64,000 bases of DNA from assembly GCF_024223415.1 (NCBI RefSeq), contig NZ_CP100500.1; one strand, 5' to 3'. Below, piece by piece: positions 47,854-58,598 of this stretch. Numbering within the stretch: position 1 is the first letter of the stretch; every line of letters starts with the position of its first letter. A model generated the notes under the pieces. It did not search any database and had not been told where the DNA came from. It saw only the letters and a program-made list of their open reading frames with translations. Both the position numbers and the translations under genes were made by a program. Origin of the DNA: Escherichia coli. GTDB taxonomy: Bacteria; Pseudomonadota; Gammaproteobacteria; Enterobacterales; Enterobacteriaceae.

Positions 47854-47857
47854 CGTG

Positions 47858-47965
47858 TTGCCGGATGATCCTGCCTACGGTTCTGGCCTGGGGACTTGTA
47901 GGCCTGATAAGACGCGTCAAGCGTCGCATCAGGTGCTGAATGTCGGATGTGGCGTGTAGCCTACA
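47858..47965. repeat. REP/BIME cluster between convergent ygcQ and ygcP
   Basis: TGTAGGCCTGATAAGACGCGTCAAGCGTCGCATCAGG plus flanking partial REP units. Confidence 0.7.
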
Positions 47966-47999
47966 AATCACACAAATTCAATTCGTTACGAATATCCCG

Positions 48000-48575
48000 T
48001 CAAAGCAATTTTTTCGCTAATGTCCAGACCCCGGTATTCGTGGTGGAAAGCGCCACGACACCCGCGTTAATCGCATTACGCGCATCTTCTTCATCGCAAA
48101 CCAGCCCACCGGCAATCAGCGGTTGGCGGATTTTCTCCGTCACCCAGCCCAGTACTTTGGGCATGCAGCCTGGCAGGATCTCAATACAATCCGGATTCGA
48201 TTGCGCAACTTGCTTATCAATGTTGTGAAACGAAATCGAATCAACAATAAACAGGCGATGAATACAGAAAAAACCTTCCGCTCTTGCCGCTTTTAGCATC
48301 GATGCTTTGGTGCTGATAATGCCGTCCGCCTCGGTCACCAGTTTCAAAAACTGAATCACGACTTCTTTATTTGACGCGCCTTCCAGCAAATCAACATGAA
48401 TAAAAGCATATTTCCCGGCGTTCTTAATCTTTTTAACGATATTACTGATGGTGCAGATATTGCCGTACAACACGGAAATAAACTGGCATTCAGAGTCGAT
48501 TGCCAGTTGCAGGCTGGCATTATCTTTTACGGCAGCAATCACCGGATTCTGGCGGAGCAGGTGTAAGAGGGGCAT
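48000..48575 (-). CDS. ygcP: GlpP-family putative antiterminator YgcP
   Basis: 191-aa ORF MPLLHLLRQNPVIAAVKDNASLQLAIDSE... (G3P-responsive antiterminator family). Confidence 0.85.
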   Translation of the reverse strand: MPLLHLLRQNPVIAAVKDNASLQLAIDSECQFISVLYGNICTISNIVKKIKNAGKYAFIHVDLLEGASNKEVVIQFLKLVTEADGIISTKASMLKAARAEGFFCIHRLFIVDSISFHNIDKQVAQSNPDCIEILPGCMPKVLGWVTEKIRQPLIAGGLVCDEEDARNAINAGVVALSTTNTGVWTLAKKLL

Positions 48576-48591
48576 AAATTATCCTTATTAT

Positions 48592-48852
48592 TTATCCAAA
48601 GCGGTAGGTGATGCCGAATCCGGAAGGTGGATAGCGCCACTGTTGTAGTGTTGATTCGTCGCACAGCAAACGGCAGGTGCCACACTCCAGGCAACTGCGA
48701 TAGTCAATACGTAAGTCACCTTCCGGTGTGAGCGAAAAAAGACCTGCCGGACAGGCGTTAATCAACCGTTCTGCCGTCTGGCGCTCAACGGAGTCAGCCG
48801 GAACAATGTGCGGCGCATCAGCAACGCGCCAGAGATTACGGGCTACAGACAT
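48592..48852 (-). CDS. ygcO: Ferredoxin-like protein YgcO (FixX-like)
   Basis: ATG at 48852 with AGGAG SD (MSVARNLWRVADAPH..., 86 aa); Cys motif CLECGTCRLLC. Confidence 0.85.
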   Translation of the reverse strand: MSVARNLWRVADAPHIVPADSVERQTAERLINACPAGLFSLTPEGDLRIDYRSCLECGTCRLLCDESTLQQWRYPPSGFGITYRFG

Positions 48853-50114
48853 CGCAGACTCCTGATAACATCGCCCGCCAGATGCCACAGGCCGTGACGA
48901 CGTAAATGACGCCAGAATAACTGGCGCAGCGGTGGAACAGGTTTATCACCCTGATCCCATAAATCGCGGGAAATATCCTGCATTAACGCAGGCCACGCCC
49001 GATACCAGCCAGGGCGTTGCAAAAGCGCCGGAACATGCTGATAACGTTGTAGAACATCCCACAGCAGGCTGCGCTCTACGTTGTGATGATAAAGCGGAAA
49101 CAGATTTTGCGGCTCGCGGTGCTGGCAGGCGCTTATCAGTGTTTGTGCCGCCGCCTGCGCGCCAGTTAGCGCCGTATCCATGCCGCGCACGGAAATTCCG
49201 GTATTGACGCAACTGCGCAACGCATCGCCTACCAGCAGCCAGCCGTTACCGGCGTATTGCACTGGCATACTGTGCAAGCCACCTTCTGGCACCAGATGCG
49301 CACCATACTCCAGTGATTCCGTGTTTTTGATAAGTGGGCGCACTGCCGGATGCGCTTTAAAGCGAGTCAGCAGCTCGCTTGCCGGAACACGACTTTGCGT
49401 AAGTGAAGAGAGCGGGCAAACAATCCCTAACGAGAGCGTTTGTTGATTAGTATAAAGAAATGCGCCGCCGGGAAAGTCATCACAGATTCCGCCGCTGAAC
49501 AGCAACGCTGCGCCTTCGTTATTCTCCAGATGAAAACGTTCTTCAATAGCGGATGTTTCCAGCGACAGCACTTCTTTGATCCCCAACGCCATCGCTTCGC
49601 CAGCAGGACGAGTCACTAATCCGTGACGCTCAGCCAGGACGCTGTTGGCACCTTCTGCCAGCACCACATAACGGGCGCGGAGAATATCGTCACCACAAAT
49701 GACACCACACACCCTGCCGTCTTCTTCATACAGAGCATCCACCGTCGCACCAGGGATGCACTCGACACCTTCTTTTTCGGCTTCGGCAACCAGCCACGGA
49801 TCGAACCGTGCACGTAATACACTCCAGGATTCACCGCCGGGCTGTAAGCTGGAAAACGTCGTTGCGCCATCCGGCGTTAACAGGGAAAGGCTTTCGTGAG
49901 TGATGAGTCGTTCAAGAGGCGCGGTCAGATGAAATTGCGGGAGGAGTTCCGCGAGTGCATGGGTATATAACCGCCCGCCGGAAAGATTTTTGCTGCCGGG
50001 GATTTCAGCGCGTTCCAGTAACAAAACGGATAAACCCGCTCGCGCGCAGCGTAACGCGCAAGCGGTGCCTGCAATACCGGCACCAATAATAATAATGTCG
50101 CAGTCGTCTTCCAT
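48843..50114 (-). CDS. ygcN: FAD-dependent oxidoreductase YgcN (FixC / ETF-QO-like)
   Basis: ATG at 50114 (MEDDCDIIIIGAGIAGTACA..., 423 aa; dinucleotide-binding GxGxxG); the ORF track start at 50144 is a GTG extension. Confidence 0.85.
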   Translation of the reverse strand: MEDDCDIIIIGAGIAGTACALRCARAGLSVLLLERAEIPGSKNLSGGRLYTHALAELLPQFHLTAPLERLITHESLSLLTPDGATTFSSLQPGGESWSVLRARFDPWLVAEAEKEGVECIPGATVDALYEEDGRVCGVICGDDILRARYVVLAEGANSVLAERHGLVTRPAGEAMALGIKEVLSLETSAIEERFHLENNEGAALLFSGGICDDFPGGAFLYTNQQTLSLGIVCPLSSLTQSRVPASELLTRFKAHPAVRPLIKNTESLEYGAHLVPEGGLHSMPVQYAGNGWLLVGDALRSCVNTGISVRGMDTALTGAQAAAQTLISACQHREPQNLFPLYHHNVERSLLWDVLQRYQHVPALLQRPGWYRAWPALMQDISRDLWDQGDKPVPPLRQLFWRHLRRHGLWHLAGDVIRSLRCL

Positions 50115-50191
50115 GTCATGCCCCAGATATCCTGAACACAACACCCTAACATAGCGTTACTTAAGGGAAATTGACCGCCGACACACTCTTA

Positions 50192-50557
50192 TCATTCGCC
50201 GCGATAGATACAACCAGCGGTGCAGGTTTCTTTTACCATCACCGCACTTAACAGCGGCACAACGGGTTTAACCTGATCCCAAATCCATTTTGCTAAAACT
50301 TCGCTGGTCGGGTTTTCCAGACCTGGAATATCATTGAGATAATGGTGATCGAGGCGGTCATAAGTTGGCTTAAACGCCGCTTTCAGTTCAGCGAAATCGA
50401 TAATCCAGCCCGTATGCGGATCGACTTCCCCGGTAATTTCCAGTCGCACCATAAAGGAATGCCCGTGCAGGCGACCACATTTATGCCCTTCCGGGACGTG
50501 TGGTAAGCGGTGAGCGGCTTCGAAGGTGAAATCTTTAAATAACGTGGTGGACATCAT
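50192..50557 (-). CDS. queD: 6-carboxy-5,6,7,8-tetrahydropterin synthase
   Basis: Start at codon 29 of the track ORF gives [35 protein letters not shown] (121 aa) with the PTPS zinc-binding His motif. Confidence 0.9.
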   Translation of the reverse strand: MMSTTLFKDFTFEAAHRLPHVPEGHKCGRLHGHSFMVRLEITGEVDPHTGWIIDFAELKAAFKPTYDRLDHHYLNDIPGLENPTSEVLAKWIWDQVKPVVPLLSAVMVKETCTAGCIYRGE

Positions 50558-50872
50558 AATTTCTCTACAGGACGATAAAACCGCCGTAGAGTACCGGAAA
50601 GGCTGTTTTTTCGCATTATCTAAAACGACTTTGTTGCGCAAAATCGCTGATTTATCTTAATGATTGGCTAAATTCATTTGTTTTTCATTAGGTTGGTTAA
50701 TCTATTTTGTTGTTAAAGACTATTGCTAAAACAGGTTAGTCGATTTGGTTATTAGTTATCGCTATCCCGTCTTTAATCCACACCGTTCACCCCGTTAACC
50801 TTACCTTCTCTTCTGTTTTATGGGCGCTGACAGGGCGCAGAAACAGCTTTGCTTACTGGAACATAACGACGC
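50558..50872. promoter_or_regulatory. queD / cysJIH divergent promoter region (CysB-dependent cys promoter expected)
   Basis: 315-bp AT-rich intergenic between divergent starts; no ORF. Confidence 0.5.
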
Positions 50873-52672
50873 ATGACGACACAGGTCCCACCTTCCGCGT
50901 TGCTTCCGTTGAACCCGGAGCAACTGGCACGCCTTCAGGCGGCCACGACCGATTTAACTCCCACCCAGCTTGCCTGGGTTTCTGGCTATTTCTGGGGCGT
51001 GCTCAATCAGCAGCCTGCTGCGCTTGCAGCAACGCCAGCGCCAGCCGCAGAAATGCCGGGTATAACTATTATCTCCGCCTCGCAAACCGGCAATGCGCGC
51101 CGGGTTGCTGAAGCATTACGCGATGATTTATTGACGGCAAAACTGAACGTTAAGCTGGTGAGCGCGGGCGACTATAAATTCAAACAAATCGCCAGCGAAA
51201 AACTGCTTATCGTGGTGACGTCAACGCAAGGGGAAGGGGAACCGCCGGAAGAAGCCGTCGCGCTGCATAAGTTCCTGTTCTCCAAAAAAGCGCCGAAGCT
51301 GGAAAATACCGCTTTTGCCGTGTTTAGCCTCGGCGATAGTTCTTATGAATTTTTCTGCCAGTCCGGGAAAGATTTCGACAGCAAGCTGGCGGAACTGGGC
51401 GGTGAACGCCTGCTCGACCGTGTCGACGCCGACGTTGAATACCAGGCTGCTGCCAGCGAGTGGCGCACCCGCGTGGTTGATGCGCTTAAATCGCGTGCGC
51501 CTGTCGCGGCACCTTCGCAATCCGTCGCTACTGGCGCGGTAAATGAAATCCACACCAGCCCGTACAGCAAAGACGCGCCGCTGGTGGCTAGCCTCTCTGT
51601 TAACCAGAAAATTACCGGGCGTAACTCTGAAAAAGACGTTCGCCATATCGAAATTGACTTAGGTGACTCGGGCCTGCGCTATCAGCCGGGCGACGCGCTG
51701 GGCGTGTGGTATCAGAACGATCCGGCACTGGTGAAAGAACTTGTCGAACTGCTGTGGCTGAAAGGCGATGAAACTGTCACCGTTGACGGCAAAACGCTGA
51801 CCCTGCGCGAAGCGCTACAGTGGCACTTCGAACTGACGGTTAACACCGCCAATATCGTTGAGAACTATGCCACGCTTACCCGCAGTGAAACGCTGCTGCC
51901 GCTGGTGGGCGATAAAGCGAAGTTGCAGCATTACGCCGCGACCACGCCGATTGTCGATATGGTGCGTTTCTCTCCGGCACAGCTTGATGCTGAAGCGCTG
52001 ATTAACCTGCTGCGCCCGCTGACGCCGCGTCTCTATTCCATCGCCTCCTCGCAGGCGGAAGTCGAGAACGAAGTACACGTCACCGTTGGTGTGGTGCGTT
52101 ACGACGTGGAAGGCCGCGCCCGTGCCGGTGGTGCCTCCAGCTTCCTCGCTGACCGCGTGGAAGAAGAGGGCGAAGTCCGCGTATTTATCGAACATAACGA
52201 TAACTTTCGCCTGCCCGCTAACCCGGAAACCCCGGTGATTATGATAGGCCCAGGCACCGGTATTGCGCCGTTCCGCGCCTTTATGCAGCAACGCGCCGCT
52301 GACGAAGCGCCAGGTAAAAACTGGCTGTTCTTTGGCAATCCGCATTTTACGGAAGACTTCCTGTATCAGGTGGAGTGGCAGCGCTACGTCAAAGAGGGGG
52401 TGCTGACGCGGATCGATCTCGCCTGGTCGCGCGATCAAAAAGAAAAAGTTTACGTACAAGACAAACTGCGCGAACAGGGCGCGGAGCTGTGGCGCTGGAT
52501 CAATGACGGTGCCCACATTTATGTCTGCGGCGACGCTAATCGCATGGCGAAAGACGTTGAGCAGGCACTTCTGGAAGTGATTGCCGAATTTGGTGGCATG
52601 GACACCGAAGCGGCGGATGAATTTTTAAGTGAGCTGCGCGTAGAGCGCCGTTATCAGCGAGATGTCTACTAA
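50873..52672 (+). CDS. cysJ: Sulfite reductase (NADPH) flavoprotein alpha subunit
   Basis: 599-aa ORF; flavodoxin-like plus FAD/NADPH-binding domains. Confidence 0.96.
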   Translation: MTTQVPPSALLPLNPEQLARLQAATTDLTPTQLAWVSGYFWGVLNQQPAALAATPAPAAEMPGITIISASQTGNARRVAEALRDDLLTAKLNVKLVSAGDYKFKQIASEKLLIVVTSTQGEGEPPEEAVALHKFLFSKKAPKLENTAFAVFSLGDSSYEFFCQSGKDFDSKLAELGGERLLDRVDADVEYQAAASEWRTRVVDALKSRAPVAAPSQSVATGAVNEIHTSPYSKDAPLVASLSVNQKITGRNSEKDVRHIEIDLGDSGLRYQPGDALGVWYQNDPALVKELVELLWLKGDETVTVDGKTLTLREALQWHFELTVNTANIVENYATLTRSETLLPLVGDKAKLQHYAATTPIVDMVRFSPAQLDAEALINLLRPLTPRLYSIASSQAEVENEVHVTVGVVRYDVEGRARAGGASSFLADRVEEEGEVRVFIEHNDNFRLPANPETPVIMIGPGTGIAPFRAFMQQRAADEAPGKNWLFFGNPHFTEDFLYQVEWQRYVKEGVLTRIDLAWSRDQKEKVYVQDKLREQGAELWRWINDGAHIYVCGDANRMAKDVEQALLEVIAEFGGMDTEAADEFLSELRVERRYQRDVY

Positions 52673-54384
52673 TGAGCGAAAAACATCCAGGGCCTTTAGT
52701 GGTCGAAGGAAAACTGACAGACGCCGAGCGCATGAAGCTTGAAAGCAACTACCTGCGCGGCACCATTGCGGAAGATTTAAACGACGGTCTGACCGGCGGC
52801 TTTAAGGGCGACAACTTCCTGCTGATCCGCTTCCACGGCATGTATCAGCAGGATGACCGCGACATCCGCGCCGAACGTGCTGAACAGAAGCTGGAGCCGC
52901 GCCACGCGATGCTGTTGCGCTGTCGTCTGCCGGGTGGGGTGATTACCACTAAACAGTGGCAGGCGATCGACAAATTTGCCGGTGAAAACACCATCTATGG
53001 CAGCATTCGCCTGACCAACCGCCAGACGTTTCAGTTCCACGGCATTCTGAAAAAGAACGTCAAACCGGTGCACCAGATGCTGCACTCGGTCGGTCTTGAT
53101 GCGCTGGCGACCGCTAACGACATGAACCGTAACGTACTCTGCACCTCGAACCCTTACGAGTCGCAGCTACACGCGGAAGCGTATGAATGGGCGAAGAAAA
53201 TCTCTGAACATCTGCTGCCGCGTACCCGCGCGTATGCGGAGATCTGGCTCGATCAGGAAAAAGTCGCCACCACCGATGAAGAACCGATCCTCGGTCAGAC
53301 TTATTTGCCGCGTAAATTCAAAACCACGGTAGTGATCCCGCCGCAGAACGATATCGATCTGCATGCCAACGACATGAACTTCGTGGCAATCGCCGAAAAC
53401 GGCAAGCTGGTAGGCTTTAACCTGCTGGTGGGCGGCGGGCTTTCCATCGAACACGGTAATAAGAAAACCTACGCCCGCACGGCGAGCGAGTTTGGTTATC
53501 TGCCGCTGGAGCATACCCTGGCGGTGGCGGAAGCCGTCGTGACGACTCAGCGCGATTGGGGTAACCGTACCGATCGTAAAAATGCCAAAACCAAATACAC
53601 GCTGGAGCGCGTGGGTGTTGAGACATTTAAAGCGGAAGTGGAACGTCGCGCGGGGATCAAATTCGAGCCGATTCGCCCGTATGAGTTTACCGGACGCGGA
53701 GATCGTATTGGCTGGGTTAAGGGCATTGATGATAACTGGCACCTGACGCTGTTTATCGAAAATGGTCGCATCCTTGATTATCCGGGGCGTCCGCTGAAAA
53801 CCGGCCTGCTGGAGATCGCGAAGATCCACAAAGGTGATTTCCGCATTACGGCGAACCAGAATCTGATCATCGCCGGTGTGCCGGAAAGCGAGAAAGCGAA
53901 GATCGAGAAGATCGCCAAAGAGAGCGGGTTAATGAATGCCGTCACGCCGCAGCGTGAAAACTCAATGGCCTGCGTCTCGTTCCCGACTTGCCCGCTGGCG
54001 ATGGCGGAAGCGGAGCGTTTCCTGCCGTCTTTTATCGACAACATCGATAATTTAATGGCGAAACATGGTGTCAGCGATGAGCATATCGTGATGCGTGTAA
54101 CAGGCTGCCCGAACGGTTGTGGTCGCGCGATGCTGGCGGAAGTGGGTCTGGTGGGTAAAGCGCCGGGTCGCTACAACCTGCATCTTGGCGGCAACCGTAT
54201 TGGGACACGTATCCCACGAATGTATAAAGAAAACATCACCGAGCCGGAAATCCTGGCGTCGCTTGATGAACTGATAGGGCGCTGGGCGAAAGAGCGCGAA
54301 GCGGGTGAAGGCTTCGGCGACTTTACGGTGCGTGCAGGCATCATTCGCCCGGTGCTCGATCCGGCGCGCGATTTGTGGGATTAA
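52672..54384 (+). CDS. cysI: Sulfite reductase (NADPH) hemoprotein beta subunit
   Basis: 570-aa [25 protein letters not shown]...; start overlaps cysJ stop. Confidence 0.96.
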
Positions 54385-54398
54385 CCATCAGCCCGGTC

Positions 54399-54436
54399 TT
54401 GTAGGCCTGATAAGACGCGTGAGCGTCGCATCAGGC
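54399..54436. repeat. REP element between cysI and cysH
   Basis: TTGTAGGCCTGATAAGACGCGTGAGCGTCGCATCAGGC. Confidence 0.7.
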
Positions 54437-54457
54437 AAGGCAAACAGTGAGGAATCT

Positions 54458-55192
54458 ATGTCCAAACTCGATCTAAACGCCCTGAACGAACTGCCGAAGG
54501 TAGATCGCATTCTGGCGCTGGCGGAAACTAACGCCCAACTGGAAAAACTGGACGCTGAAGGCCGCGTAGCCTGGGCGCTGGATAATCTGCCCGGTGAATA
54601 TGTGCTTTCTTCCAGCTTCGGCATTCAGGCGGCGGTGAGCCTGCATCTGGTGAATCAGATTCGCCCGGATATTCCAGTGATCCTCACCGATACGGGTTAT
54701 TTGTTCCCGGAAACCTACCGCTTTATTGACGAGTTAACGGACAAACTCAAGCTCAACCTGAAAGTGTACCGTGCTACCGAAAGCGCAGCCTGGCAGGAAG
54801 CACGCTACGGAAAACTGTGGGAACAGGGCGTTGAAGGCATTGAAAAGTACAATGACATCAACAAAGTCGAACCGATGAACCGGGCGCTGAAAGAACTTAA
54901 CGCGCAAACGTGGTTTGCTGGTCTGCGCCGTGAACAATCCGGCAGCCGCGCCAATTTACCGGTGCTGGCAATTCAGCGTGGCGTATTTAAAGTGCTGCCG
55001 ATTATCGACTGGGATAACCGAACGATATATCAGTATCTACAAAAGCATGGCCTGAAATATCATCCATTATGGGACGAAGGATATTTATCGGTGGGCGATA
55101 CCCATACAACCCGTAAATGGGAACCCGGCATGGCGGAAGAAGAAACGCGTTTCTTTGGCTTAAAAAGGGAATGTGGGTTACACGAAGGGTAA
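54458..55192 (+). CDS. cysH: Phosphoadenosine phosphosulfate reductase
   Basis: ATG at 54458 ([19 protein letters not shown]..., 244 aa); the ORF track start at 54305 is an extension through the REP. Confidence 0.95.
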
Positions 55193-55456
55193 ATATTGCC
55201 GGATAAATTAAACGCCTCTGTCAGAAATGATGGGTGCGTTTTTATTTTGCGAGCAGCATTCCTGATTTTAAACGTGAACGCCGCTGGAAGAATTATCAGG
55301 TATAGAATGGCGTCGGGTGCTTGAGGCTGTCTGGCGTTAAGCATTCGCGAGGTTCCAGATGGACAAAAGCCCCAGGCGATATTTCTATCAACCTGAGGCC
55401 AGCGTTCGAACCTAAGCAATTCGGATGTTAGTCTCTTCTTTGCAGGGAGGCAAGAC

Positions 55457-55609
55457 ATGCTAACAAAATATGCCCTTGTGGCAATCATAGTACTGTGTTG
55501 TACAGTACTGGGATTCACGCTCATGGTAGGCGACTCGTTGTGTGAGTTGAGTATCAGAGAACGTGGTATGGAGTTTAAGGCTGTTCTCGCTTACGAATCG
55601 AAGAAGTAG
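55457..55609 (+). CDS. hokX: Hok/Gef-family type I toxin (hokX-like), 50 aa
   Basis: Below the ORF-track size cutoff; GGGAGG SD 6 nt upstream; [50 protein letters not shown] = one TM helix plus the Hok signature (SLCE...R...AYES). Confidence 0.8.
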   Translation: MLTKYALVAIIVLCCTVLGFTLMVGDSLCELSIRERGMEFKAVLAYESKK

Positions 55610-55614
55610 CCACC

Positions 55615-55636
55615 ACGCGGGGGTAAAACCCCGCGT
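55615..55636 (+). terminator. Hairpin at the 3' end of the hok-like transcript
   Basis: ACGCGGGG-gtaaaa-CCCCGCGT, 8-bp GC-rich stem, weak U tract. Confidence 0.5.
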
Positions 55637-55801
55637 ATTGAATTGTGATGGTTTGGTCTCCTGCACCCTTTTTTAAATTTATATTTTTTATGTGAATATA
55701 TTGTCTCTATTTATTATTATGAATTTCAAATGAAAATCATAAATTTATTCACAATATAAATGTTTTATTGGCTGATATATATCACAGATAATTTTTAAAA
55801 T
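55637..55801. promoter_or_regulatory. AT-rich region upstream of cas3 (probable cas promoter, likely H-NS target)
   Basis: About 165 bp, strongly AT-rich, immediately 5' of cas3. Confidence 0.5.
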
Positions 55802-58501
55802 ATGCGTAAATATCCTTTAAGTTTACTGAAGGATAAAAATATTGTGACTTTCTTTGATTTCTGGGGAAAAACCCGACGCGACGAGAAAGAAGGGGGTGAC
55901 GACTATCACCTTCTTTGCTGGCATTCGCTGGATGTGGCCGCGATGGGCTATTTAATGGTTAAAAGAAATTGCTTCGGGCTGGCTGATTATTTCCGTCAAT
56001 TAGGGATTTCTGACAAGGAACAGGCGGCTCAATTTTTCGCCTGGTTGTTGTGCTGGCACGATATTGGAAAATTTGCCCGCTCATTTCAGCAACTTTACCT
56101 GCACCCACAACTCAAGGTTCCGGAAGGCGCAAGAAAGAATTACGAAAAGATCTCTCATTCAACGCTGGGCTACTGGCTGTGGCATCATTATTTAAGTGAA
56201 TGCGAAGAATTGCTTCCTGCCTCTTCACTCTCTACTCGCAAACTTAAACGTGTAATAGCGATGTGGATGCCCATGACTACCGGGCATCATGGTCGCCCGC
56301 CTGACCGTATTGATGAACTGGATAATTTTCTGCCTGAAGACAAAGCTGCCGCGCGAGATTTTCTCCTTGAAATCAAGCCACTGTTTCCGCAGCTAGAGAT
56401 CCCCGCATTCTGGGATGATGACGAGGGCGTTGAACTTATAAAACAACTTTCCTGGTATATCTCTGCAACCGTCGTACTTGCAGACTGGACAGGATCGTCA
56501 ACGCGATTTTTTCCACGCGTCGCACAGACAATGGATATTGAAGATTACTGGCAAAAGGCTTTAGTTCAGGCTCAAAACGCATTAACCGTCTTTCCTCCAA
56601 AAGCAGAAACCGCGCCTTTCACCGGAATTAATACGCTGTTTCCTTTTATTGAGAATCCGAAACCGTTACAGCAAAAGGTGCTGGATCTGGATATCAGCCA
56701 GCCAGGACCGCAGTTATTTATTCTGGAGGATGTAACCGGCGCAGGTAAAACAGAAGCGGCGCTTATCCTGGCACACAGGTTGATGGCTGCGGGTAAAGCT
56801 CAGGGTTTGTTTTTTGGCCTGCCAACAATGGCAACGGCCAATGCCATGTACGATCGGCTGGTCAAAACCTGGCTTTCTTTCTATTCGCCAGAATCCCGCC
56901 CCAGCCTGGTGCTGGCACACAGTGCCCGCACATTAATGGACCGCTTTAATGAATCACTCTGGTCCGGTGATTTAGTCGGGTCAGAAGAACCGGATGAACA
57001 AACGTTCAGTCAGGGATGTGCGGCCTGGTTTGCCGACAGTAACAAGAAGGCGTTGCTGGCTGAAATTGGCGTCGGCAAGCTGGATCAGGCGATGATGGCA
57101 GTGATGCCGTTTAAACATAATAATCTGCGGCTTCTGGGGTTGAGTAACAAAATCCTGCTGGCTGATGAGATCCACGCCTGTGACGCTTACATGTCGTACA
57201 TTCTTGAAGGGTTGATTGAGCGACAGGTGCGTGGCGGAAACAGCGTCATTTTGCTTTCTGCTACGTTATCTCAACAGCAGCGCGACAAACTTGTCGCCGC
57301 CTTTGCGCGTGGCACAGAGGGCCAGCAAGAAGCTCCGTTCCTGGAAAAGGATGATTACCCCTGGCTGACGCATGTCACGAAATCCGATGTGCATTCGCAC
57401 CGGGTAGCGACGCGCAAAGACGTTGAGCGTAGCGTGAGCGTGGGTTGGCTTCATAGCGAACAAGAATGTATTGCGCGTATCGAATCAGCGGTAAGTCAGG
57501 GGAAATGCATCGCCTGGATCCGGAATTCTGTCGATGACGCTATTAAGGTTTATCGTCAGTTACTTGCCCGCGGCGTCATTCCTGCTTCCAGCCTTTCACT
57601 TTTTCATAGCCGCTTTGCTTTTAGCGATCGCCAGCGAATTGAAACGGAAACGCTGGCACGCTTTGGTAAAAATTGTAGTTTAAAAAGATCATCTCAAGTC
57701 ATTGTTTGTACACAAGTAATTGAGCAAAGTGTGGATATTGACCTGGACGAAATGATCTCCGACCTGGCCCCCATTGATTTGCTGATCCAGCGAGCGGGGC
57801 GATTACAACGGCATATTCGCGATATTAATGGTCAGTTAAAGCGTGATGGAAAAGACGAGCGTTCCCCTCCTGAATTGCTGATTCTGGCCCCCGTCTGGGA
57901 CGACGCTCCTGGTGACGAATGGTTCGGCAGTGCCATGCGTAACAGTGCATATGTCTACCCGGATCATGGGCGAATCTGGCTGACCCAGCGTGTGCTGCGT
58001 GAGCAAGGCGTTATTCAGATGCCACACTCAGCCCGCCTTCTTATTGAATCAGTCTACGGTGAGGACGTGGTAATGCCGGACGGATTTGCCCGCAGCGAGC
58101 AGGAGCAAGTGGGCAAATATTACTGCGATCGCTCAATGGCTAAAAAGTTTGTGCTGAACTTCAGGCCCGGCTATGCCGCCAATATCAACGATTACCTTCC
58201 GGAAAAGCTGTCGACACGTCTGGCTGAGGAATCTGTTTCCCTGTGGCTGGCTAGCTGTATTAACGGCGTGGTGAAGCCTTATGCCAGCGGTGCTCACGCA
58301 TGGGAAATGAGCGTTGTCAGAGTGCGCCGAAGCTGGTGGAAAAAACATCGGGATGAGTTTTCTTTACTGGAAGGGGAAGTGTTAAGGCAGTGGTGCATTG
58401 AACAGCGGCAAGATCCGGAGATGGCAAACGTGATTTTAGTCACCGATGACGAAAGTTGCGGGTATTCGGCTACGGAAGGATTGATTGGCAAGGTTGATTG
58501 A
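55802..58501 (+). CDS. cas3: Cas3 helicase-nuclease (HD domain plus superfamily-2 helicase), type I-E
   Basis: 899-aa ORF; HD motif (HLLCWHSLDVAA...WHDIGKF), Walker A (TGAGKTEAA), DEAH-like (LLADEIHA); start may be internal (GTG at 55844) because the ATG at 55802 lacks an SD. Confidence 0.92.
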   Translation: MRKYPLSLLKDKNIVTFFDFWGKTRRDEKEGGDDYHLLCWHSLDVAAMGYLMVKRNCFGLADYFRQLGISDKEQAAQFFAWLLCWHDIGKFARSFQQLYLHPQLKVPEGARKNYEKISHSTLGYWLWHHYLSECEELLPASSLSTRKLKRVIAMWMPMTTGHHGRPPDRIDELDNFLPEDKAAARDFLLEIKPLFPQLEIPAFWDDDEGVELIKQLSWYISATVVLADWTGSSTRFFPRVAQTMDIEDYWQKALVQAQNALTVFPPKAETAPFTGINTLFPFIENPKPLQQKVLDLDISQPGPQLFILEDVTGAGKTEAALILAHRLMAAGKAQGLFFGLPTMATANAMYDRLVKTWLSFYSPESRPSLVLAHSARTLMDRFNESLWSGDLVGSEEPDEQTFSQGCAAWFADSNKKALLAEIGVGKLDQAMMAVMPFKHNNLRLLGLSNKILLADEIHACDAYMSYILEGLIERQVRGGNSVILLSATLSQQQRDKLVAAFARGTEGQQEAPFLEKDDYPWLTHVTKSDVHSHRVATRKDVERSVSVGWLHSEQECIARIESAVSQGKCIAWIRNSVDDAIKVYRQLLARGVIPASSLSLFHSRFAFSDRQRIETETLARFGKNCSLKRSSQVIVCTQVIEQSVDIDLDEMISDLAPIDLLIQRAGRLQRHIRDINGQLKRDGKDERSPPELLILAPVWDDAPGDEWFGSAMRNSAYVYPDHGRIWLTQRVLREQGVIQMPHSARLLIESVYGEDVVMPDGFARSEQEQVGKYYCDRSMAKKFVLNFRPGYAANINDYLPEKLSTRLAEESVSLWLASCINGVVKPYASGAHAWEMSVVRVRRSWWKKHRDEFSLLEGEVLRQWCIEQRQDPEMANVILVTDDESCGYSATEGLIGKVD

Positions 58502-58598
58502 GATGTCTGCGACAGGACTCTCTGAATAGTTGATATACAGAAAAGGATGGAAAGATGGACAACCGACCTGGGATGGTCTTTTTTACGAGAGGATGCGT

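Noticed and set aside
53167-53829. 220-aa minus-strand ORF inside cysI
   Set aside because: Antisense shadow ORF of cysI
55060-55666. Minus-strand ORFs of 154 and 68 aa across the cysH 3' end and the hok locus
   Set aside because: They overlap the cysH coding region and the hok-like gene in antisense; the 50-aa Hok-family ORF with a strong SD is the supported feature; an antisense sRNA remains possible but is not a protein gene
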